39,077 nucleotides of DNA from Bacteroidota bacterium (lineage in GTDB: Bacteria > Bacteroidota > Bacteroidia > Bacteroidales > FEN-979): contig JAPLDN010000344.1 of the NCBI GenBank assembly GCA_026391755.1, positions 1-39,077 on the forward strand. Reading direction: 5' to 3'. Positions within the stretch are counted from its first letter, which is position 1. Each line of letters begins with the position of its first letter. Below are positions 34,212-39,077 of this stretch, in pieces. Position numbers and translations under genes: made by a program. Below the pieces are notes generated by a model, which worked only from the letters and a program-made list of their open reading frames with translations, had not been told where the DNA came from and did no database searches.

Positions 34212-37100
34212 CTAATGCGCCAGCAGCCAGTTCGCCCCGGTATTCATATCGATCTCTACAGGAACATCCAGCAGCAAAGCAGTCTTCATCCCGGCTGCAA
34301 CAATTTTTTTAACTTCATCAACTTCAGGCTGATAAACATCAAAAACAAGTTCGTCATGCACCTGGAGGATCATCCTTGATCTCAGTTTTTGATTTTCAAA
34401 CTTATCAAAAATTCTGATCATGGCAATTTTTATCATATCTGCAGCCGTTCCCTGCACCGGTGCGTTGATGGCATTTCGTTCGGCAAATCCGCGAACATTG
34501 GCATTTCCCGAATTGATGTCCCTGAGGTATCGCCTGCGTTTCATCAGGGTTTCCACATAACCGTTTGCACGGGCAAAAGCAATGGTATTGTCCATATACT
34601 TCCTGATCCCCGGATACTGTTCAAAATACTGTTTGATCACATCGCCGGCTTCCTTTCGCGACATCCCCGATCGTTCCGACAAACCAAAAGAAGAGATCCC
34701 GTATATAATCCCGAAGTTCACCATCTTGGCGTTACGGCGCATATCCTTGCTTACCTCCGCAAGAGGGGTGTTATAAATTTTTGCAGCCGTAGCCTGGTGG
34801 ATATCCTCACCGTTCTTAAACGCGGCTATCATATTTTTATCCCCGCTCATGGAAGCAATGATCCTGAGCTCGATCTGGGAATAGTCGGCGCTCAGTAAGG
34901 TAAAATTCTCATTTCTCGGCACAAACGCTTTGCGGATCTCACGGCCTTTCTCGGTACGGATGGGGATATTCTGAAGGTTAGGATTATTGGAGCTCAGCCT
35001 GCCCGTCGCCGCAACGGCCTGGTTATATGAAGTATGTATGCGGTTATCGCGAGGACTGACCAGCCCCGGAAGCACATCCACATAGGTCGACTTAAGCTTT
35101 GTCAGGGACCTGTATTCAAGTATCTTGCTGATGATGGGATGCTTTGCCTCCATCTTGCTCAGCACATCCTCGGAGGTCGAATTCTGCTTGTTCTTGGTCT
35201 GCTTGGGCTTGTCAACGATTTTTAAGCGGTCGTAAAGTATATCTCCAAGCTGTTTGGGAGAAGAAATGTTGAAGGTGGTGCCTGCATCCCGGTAGATCTC
35301 TTCGGTGATCCGGGCCACCTCTTTTTCGAGTTCTCCCGAATATTCGTTCAGTACCGATGAGTCAATACGCACTCCCTCTTTTTCCATGGACGCAAGCACG
35401 GGGATAAGCGGGATCTCGATCTCGTCGAAGAGTTTGCGCGTATCGCTTTCGGCCAGCATGGGTTCGAATACATTCTTCAGCTGAAGCGTCACATCTGCAT
35501 CTTCCGCTGCATATTCCTTCACCGTTTCCGTATCAACCGTGCGCATGCTTAATTGCCCGGAGCCCTTCTTCCCGATCAGGGTCTCAATCGAAACCGGTTT
35601 GTATTTCAGGTAGATCTCCGAGAGCAGATCCATATTATGTCGCATATCAGGCTGGATCAGGTAATGCGCCATCATGGTATCAAACATTGGCGTTTGCACA
35701 TCGACACCATACCATTTTAAGATTGCGATATCGAATTTCATGTTCTGTCCGACTTTCTCGATCTTCTGATCCTCAAGTACTTCTTTGAATTCCTGGACGA
35801 TCAGCTCGGTCTCGTGGTAATTCTCGGGGAAAGGGAGGTAATACGCTTCATGCGGCTTCACCGAAAACGACATCCCCACCAGCTCCGAATTGTTGGGATC
35901 AATGCCCGTAGTCTCCGTATCAAAGCAGAATGTTTTGCTCTCTTTAAGACTGCGGATGAGGTCATGGCGGGCTTCAGGCGTGGTGACAAGAAAATAGGTG
36001 TGGGGGGTGGATGAGATGTCGGATGTCGGATGGCTGATGTCGGATGGCGGATGGCTGATGGCGGATGGCAGATGACTGATGGCGGATGGCGGATGACTGA
36101 TGGCGGATGGCGGATGGCGGATGGCTGATGGCGGATGGCTGATGTCGGATGTCGGATGGCTGATATCCGATATCTGATATCTGACATCTTCTTTTTGAGA
36201 TTCTGCATCCTGAATCCCTGCTGCCCACTTGAAAACACGTTCTCCCAGCGCCCTGAACTCCAGTTCGTCGAACAAACGCTTCAGGCGCTGCTCGTCGGGT
36301 GCTTCCATGATCAGTTTCGAGGGTTCGAAAGCGATAGGGACATCAAGTATAATAGTCGCCAGGCTTTTCGACATCAGGGCCTGGTCTTTGAATTCAATAA
36401 CTTTTTGCCTCAACTTTTCATTAGCGACTTTTTCGGGATGCTCAACCAGGTTCTCCACCGAGCCGAATTCAGCCAGCAGCTTACGGGCCGTAACTTCACC
36501 CACACCAGGGATCCCCGGGATGTTATCCGAAGCATCGCCCCATAATCCCAGCATGTCGATAACCTGTTCGGGGCTGCTTACCCCGAATTTTTCACAAACT
36601 TCCTTCACGCCCAGTATATCCACATCACCCCCGAATTTTCCCGGACGGTAGATCAGTGTGGTAGCACTTACGAGCTGTCCGAAGTCCTTATCCGAAGTCA
36701 TCATATAAGTAATCCAGCCGGCCGCTTCAGCCTGCTTGGCGAGTGTGCCTATCACGTCATCCGCCTCGAAGCCATCCACAAAAAGAACGGGAATGTTAAA
36801 GGCGTGAAGAAGTTCGTGAATAAGTGGGAGTGAGGAAATTATGTCTTCAGGAGTTTCTTCGCGATGGGCTTTGTAAAATTCGTAATCTCCGTGGCGCACT
36901 GTTGGTGCAATGGTATCGAAGGCCACACCGATATGAGTGGGCTTTTCTTTACGTAAAACATCGAAGAGGGTGTTAGCAAATCCGAAGACAGCCGAAGTGT
37001 TAACGCCTTTGGAGCTTACCCTGGGATTGTTCTTGAAAGCATAATATGCCCTGTAGATCAGGGCCATAGCATCAAGCAGGAAGAGTTTATTGTCTGGCAA
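34212..37100 (-). CDS. polA: DNA polymerase I (5'-nuclease, intact 3'-5' exonuclease motifs, polymerase) with a repeat-derived linker
   Basis: LLDAMALIYRAYYA, FEADDVIG, GDASDNIPG, FDTETTG, GQNMKFD, YAAEDA, TGRLSS.NPNLQNIP, ADYSQIELR, NFGIIYG, LQVHDELVF. Start probably TTG 37100, because the promoter element lies inside the longer ORF. Confidence 0.97.
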   Translation of the reverse strand: MPDNKLFLLDAMALIYRAYYAFKNNPRVSSKGVNTSAVFGFANTLFDVLRKEKPTHIGVAFDTIAPTVRHGDYEFYKAHREETPEDIISSLPLIHELLHAFNIPVLFVDGFEADDVIGTLAKQAEAAGWITYMMTSDKDFGQLVSATTLIYRPGKFGGDVDILGVKEVCEKFGVSSPEQVIDMLGLWGDASDNIPGIPGVGEVTARKLLAEFGSVENLVEHPEKVANEKLRQKVIEFKDQALMSKSLATIILDVPIAFEPSKLIMEAPDEQRLKRLFDELEFRALGERVFKWAAGIQDAESQKEDVRYQISDISHPTSDISHPPSAIRHPPSAISHPPSAISHLPSAISHPPSDISHPTSDISSTPHTYFLVTTPEARHDLIRSLKESKTFCFDTETTGIDPNNSELVGMSFSVKPHEAYYLPFPENYHETELIVQEFKEVLEDQKIEKVGQNMKFDIAILKWYGVDVQTPMFDTMMAHYLIQPDMRHNMDLLSEIYLKYKPVSIETLIGKKGSGQLSMRTVDTETVKEYAAEDADVTLQLKNVFEPMLAESDTRKLFDEIEIPLIPVLASMEKEGVRIDSSVLNEYSGELEKEVARITEEIYRDAGTTFNISSPKQLGDILYDRLKIVDKPKQTKNKQNSTSEDVLSKMEAKHPIISKILEYRSLTKLKSTYVDVLPGLVSPRDNRIHTSYNQAVAATGRLSSNNPNLQNIPIRTEKGREIRKAFVPRNENFTLLSADYSQIELRIIASMSGDKNMIAAFKNGEDIHQATAAKIYNTPLAEVSKDMRRNAKMVNFGIIYGISSFGLSERSGMSRKEAGDVIKQYFEQYPGIRKYMDNTIAFARANGYVETLMKRRRYLRDINSGNANVRGFAERNAINAPVQGTAADMIKIAMIRIFDKFENQKLRSRMILQVHDELVFDVYQPEVDEVKKIVAAGMKTALLLDVPVEIDMNTGANWLLAH
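36015..36189. repeat. 25 x 7-bp GAYRNCN tandem array, in frame in the polA inter-domain linker
   Basis: 21 GATG(G/T/A)C(G/T/A) units followed by gatatcc gatatct gatatct gacatct; translated as DVRYQISDISHPTSDISHPPSAIRHPPSAISHPP... Confidence 0.97.
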
Positions 37101-37115
37101 ACTAATGGTTTTTGG

Positions 37116-37123
37116 CAAAGATA
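37116..37123 (-). promoter_or_regulatory. -7 element (TATCTTTG) for polA
   Basis: Exact TAnnTTTG match 15 nt upstream of TTG 37100. Confidence 0.65.
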
Positions 37124-37235
37124 AAGGAATTAACCATAAAAAATTTCCCAACAAAACCTTGTTTATATTTTCTTTTTGCGGATGTCATTTCTCCGTATTT
37201 AAACATATACTTTTATGCCGGTCAAAACATCTTCC

Positions 37236-38573
37236 ATGATAAAAAAGAAACCTGCAGAAAAGAAGATCTTCGTGTTGGATACTTCAGTTATCCTTTATAA
37301 CCATGACGCGATCAGTAGTTTTGAAGACAATGATGTGGCAATACCCATCACGGTGCTTGAGGAACTCGACGACTTCAAGAAAGGCAACGACACTATTAAT
37401 TATGAAGCAAGGGAGTTCATCCGCATAATGGATAAACTTTCGGCCCGTTCCACACTTACCAAATGGATCTCCCTTGGCGGCACCAAGGGGGGCAAATTCA
37501 AGGTTGTGATGAATGAGCACAGCGACCTCGACGCCAACCGTGTGTTTGGCGAGAACAAGCCCGACCACTGGATCCTCAACGCCGCCCTGATGATGATGCA
37601 GGAAAACCCGGGGAAAAAGGTGGTGCTCGTTTCCAAGGACATCAACCTGCGTTTGAAAGCCAAGGCGTTGAATATTGCCTCGGACGATTTCCTTACGGGC
37701 AAGGTCAAGGATGTGGAAGGATTGTATGCCGGGAAAACCACGGTTGAGGGTCTCGAAAAAACAATCATTGACCTGATGTATGAAACCGGGTTTTGCCTTC
37801 CCGAAGATATAGGTGTAAAAAAGCCGCTCCCCAACCATTATTATATTCTGAAGAATGGGAAAAGTTCGGTGCTGGCGTTTTTCAATCCGGCGACCGAGCG
37901 GATCGAAAAGATAGAAAAACATTCGTGTTTCAAAATCACTCCCCGCAATGCCGAACAGGTGTTTGCATTTCATGCCATTCTCAATCCGGATGTAAAACTG
38001 GTCACCCTGCAGGGGATAGCAGGTACCGGTAAAACATTGTTGGCTCTTGCCGGGGCCCTCGAGCAGAAAAGATATTTCAAGCAGATTTACCTGGCCCGTC
38101 CCATTGTTCCATTAAGCAATAAGGATATCGGTTATTTACCCGGCGATATCAAGTCAAAGCTTGATCCCTATATGCAGCCGCTCTGGGACAACCTCAAGTT
38201 CATCCAGAACCAATACAACGAAAAGGACAAGGAATACAAGGTGATACAGGAAGCCGTTGAAAACGAAAAGCTCGTGATCACGCCCCTGGCTTATATCCGC
38301 GGACGGAGTATCTCGAATGTATGCTTTATCGTGGATGAGGCCCAGAACCTGACTCCTCACGAGATCAAAACGATCATTACGCGTGCAGGCGAAAACACCA
38401 AGATCATTTTCACCGGCGATATCCACCAGATCGATACGCCGTACCTGGATGCGCAGTCGAATGGGCTGTCGACGCTTATCGACAAGATCAGGAGTTCGCC
38501 TTTATATGCTCATGTGAAGCTTGAGAAGGGTGAGCGTTCCGATCTCGCGAATCTCGCGAATGAGTTGCTGTAA
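37236..38573 (+). CDS. PhoH-family ATPase with N-terminal PIN domain (PhoH2/YlaK-like)
   Basis: FVLDTSV, VLEELD, PDHWIL, SKDINLRLKA (PIN); GIAGTGKT, GYLPG, IRGRS, DEAQN, GDIHQID, LEKGERS. Start 37215 or 37236. Confidence 0.92.
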   Translation: MIKKKPAEKKIFVLDTSVILYNHDAISSFEDNDVAIPITVLEELDDFKKGNDTINYEAREFIRIMDKLSARSTLTKWISLGGTKGGKFKVVMNEHSDLDANRVFGENKPDHWILNAALMMMQENPGKKVVLVSKDINLRLKAKALNIASDDFLTGKVKDVEGLYAGKTTVEGLEKTIIDLMYETGFCLPEDIGVKKPLPNHYYILKNGKSSVLAFFNPATERIEKIEKHSCFKITPRNAEQVFAFHAILNPDVKLVTLQGIAGTGKTLLALAGALEQKRYFKQIYLARPIVPLSNKDIGYLPGDIKSKLDPYMQPLWDNLKFIQNQYNEKDKEYKVIQEAVENEKLVITPLAYIRGRSISNVCFIVDEAQNLTPHEIKTIITRAGENTKIIFTGDIHQIDTPYLDAQSNGLSTLIDKIRSSPLYAHVKLEKGERSDLANLANELL

Positions 38574-38593
38574 CACTTCCAGCTTCCCAAAGC

Positions 38594-38740
38594 TGCTTGC
38601 CTGTCGCTCATATATACGCAACGTCGCTGCACCTTATCTGCGCTCAACTACATTGTTCCCAAAATTTCCTTAAACTCCCAGTTTCGCTTCGATAAGCCAA
38701 GGCGACTTTTGCGATATATTTCGCTCCTTACAACCAAGGC
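38594..38740 (-). repeat. Long imperfect intergenic hairpin element with tandem-GA motifs
   Basis: Nested pairs atatat/atatat, cgcaa/ttgcg, gtcgc/gcgac, cttatc/gataag, aact/agtt. tcgctc occurs on both arms (38604, 38721), giving GAGCGA/GAGCGA on the minus strand. Confidence 0.65.
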
Positions 38741-38809
38741 CGCTTATGTAAGTTGCTTCGCTGTCAACACCAAGTCAACTTTTACAAAATATTTCGCTTT
38801 CACCTGCCA

Positions 38810-38994
38810 TCGCCTGAGGTGGAATTTCCCTGTGAATGCCTTAGGAAATTTGCGTAGAAAAAATCAAAGTCTGAGCCGTAAAAATTCCTCCTCTTCGAGA
38901 CCCGCGAAGCGGGGCGGTATAGGAATTTTAGGCGAAGACTGCAGGTTTTTAGCAAATTTTCGTCAGCAGAACAGGGAAATTCCAGTTCAGGCGA
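38810..38994 (+). repeat. 185-nt rod-like palindromic element with a GCGAAGC apex (MITE/REP-like or structured RNA)
   Basis: tcgcctga/tcaggcga, tggaatttccctgt/acagggaaattcca (14 bp perfect), aaatttgc/gcaaattt, agtct-GA-gcc/ggc-GA-agact, aaaattcct/aggaatttt, cccgc-gaa-gcggg. Confidence 0.85.
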
Positions 38995-39002
38995 AGAAAC
39001 TT

Positions 39003-39077
39003 CTATTGCTCTTCGTATGCAACTGTAAGCATGGTTTGCCCGACGGCTTTGAGGGTGGATGCATCGATGGATGCGAG
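39003..39077 (-). CDS. C-terminus of a probable M28-family peptidase / glutaminyl cyclase-like protein (partial)
   Basis: Hand translation LASIDASTLKAVGQTMLTVAYEEQ*; the ID..TL.AVGQT...Y.E ending is as recalled for Bacteroidota M28 proteins. Only 24 aa are visible. Confidence 0.6.
   Translation of the reverse strand, partial: LASIDASTLKAVGQTMLTVAYEEQ

Noticed and set aside
36015-36189. CRISPR array or intein in polA
   Set aside because: Units are contiguous 7-mers with no unique spacers, and there are no intein-terminal Cys/Ser or His-Asn motifs.
35858-36238. Alternative-frame ORFs across the polA repeat as separate genes
   Set aside because: They are open only because the heptamer array has no stop codons on that strand.
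37284-37973. Long antisense ORFs (e.g. 229 aa opposite phoH, 197 aa at 13032-13625)
   Set aside because: They are shadow frames of well-supported genes with no recognisable motifs.

Overview
Chromosomal window from a Bacteroidota (probably Bacteroidales) genome, judged from TAnnTTTG promoters, T9SS C-terminal domains and the flippase-dut-TPR-DUF4292-envC gene order. Left to right: a six-gene Ehr/Hyf-like membrane redox operon whose large subunit lacks the Ni-binding cysteines and whose hyfE-like gene has an internal deletion plus frameshift; a MORN-repeat lipoprotein; tRNA-Arg(CCU); metG; an S66 LD-carboxypeptidase; yraN; rnhA; a cell-envelope cluster; a DMT transporter; a TonB-dependent receptor preceded by a possible polyproline-ended leader protein; three T9SS-secreted proteins (one Asp-box propeller, two C25 proteases); a CorC/HlyC-family gene; a ROK kinase; polA; a PIN-PhoH gene; and the 3' end of a probable M28 peptidase. 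The most unusual signal is a dispersed set of degenerate 7-bp tandem arrays, most built as a palindromic hexamer plus one base. They occur in UTRs, over stop codons and in frame inside proteins, including 25 units in the polA linker and a 28-nt block shared exactly with the Ehr large subunit. Three long tandem-GA hairpin elements lie in intergenic DNA. No integrase, transposase, reverse transcriptase or CRISPR array was seen. All calls are by eye, without database searches.
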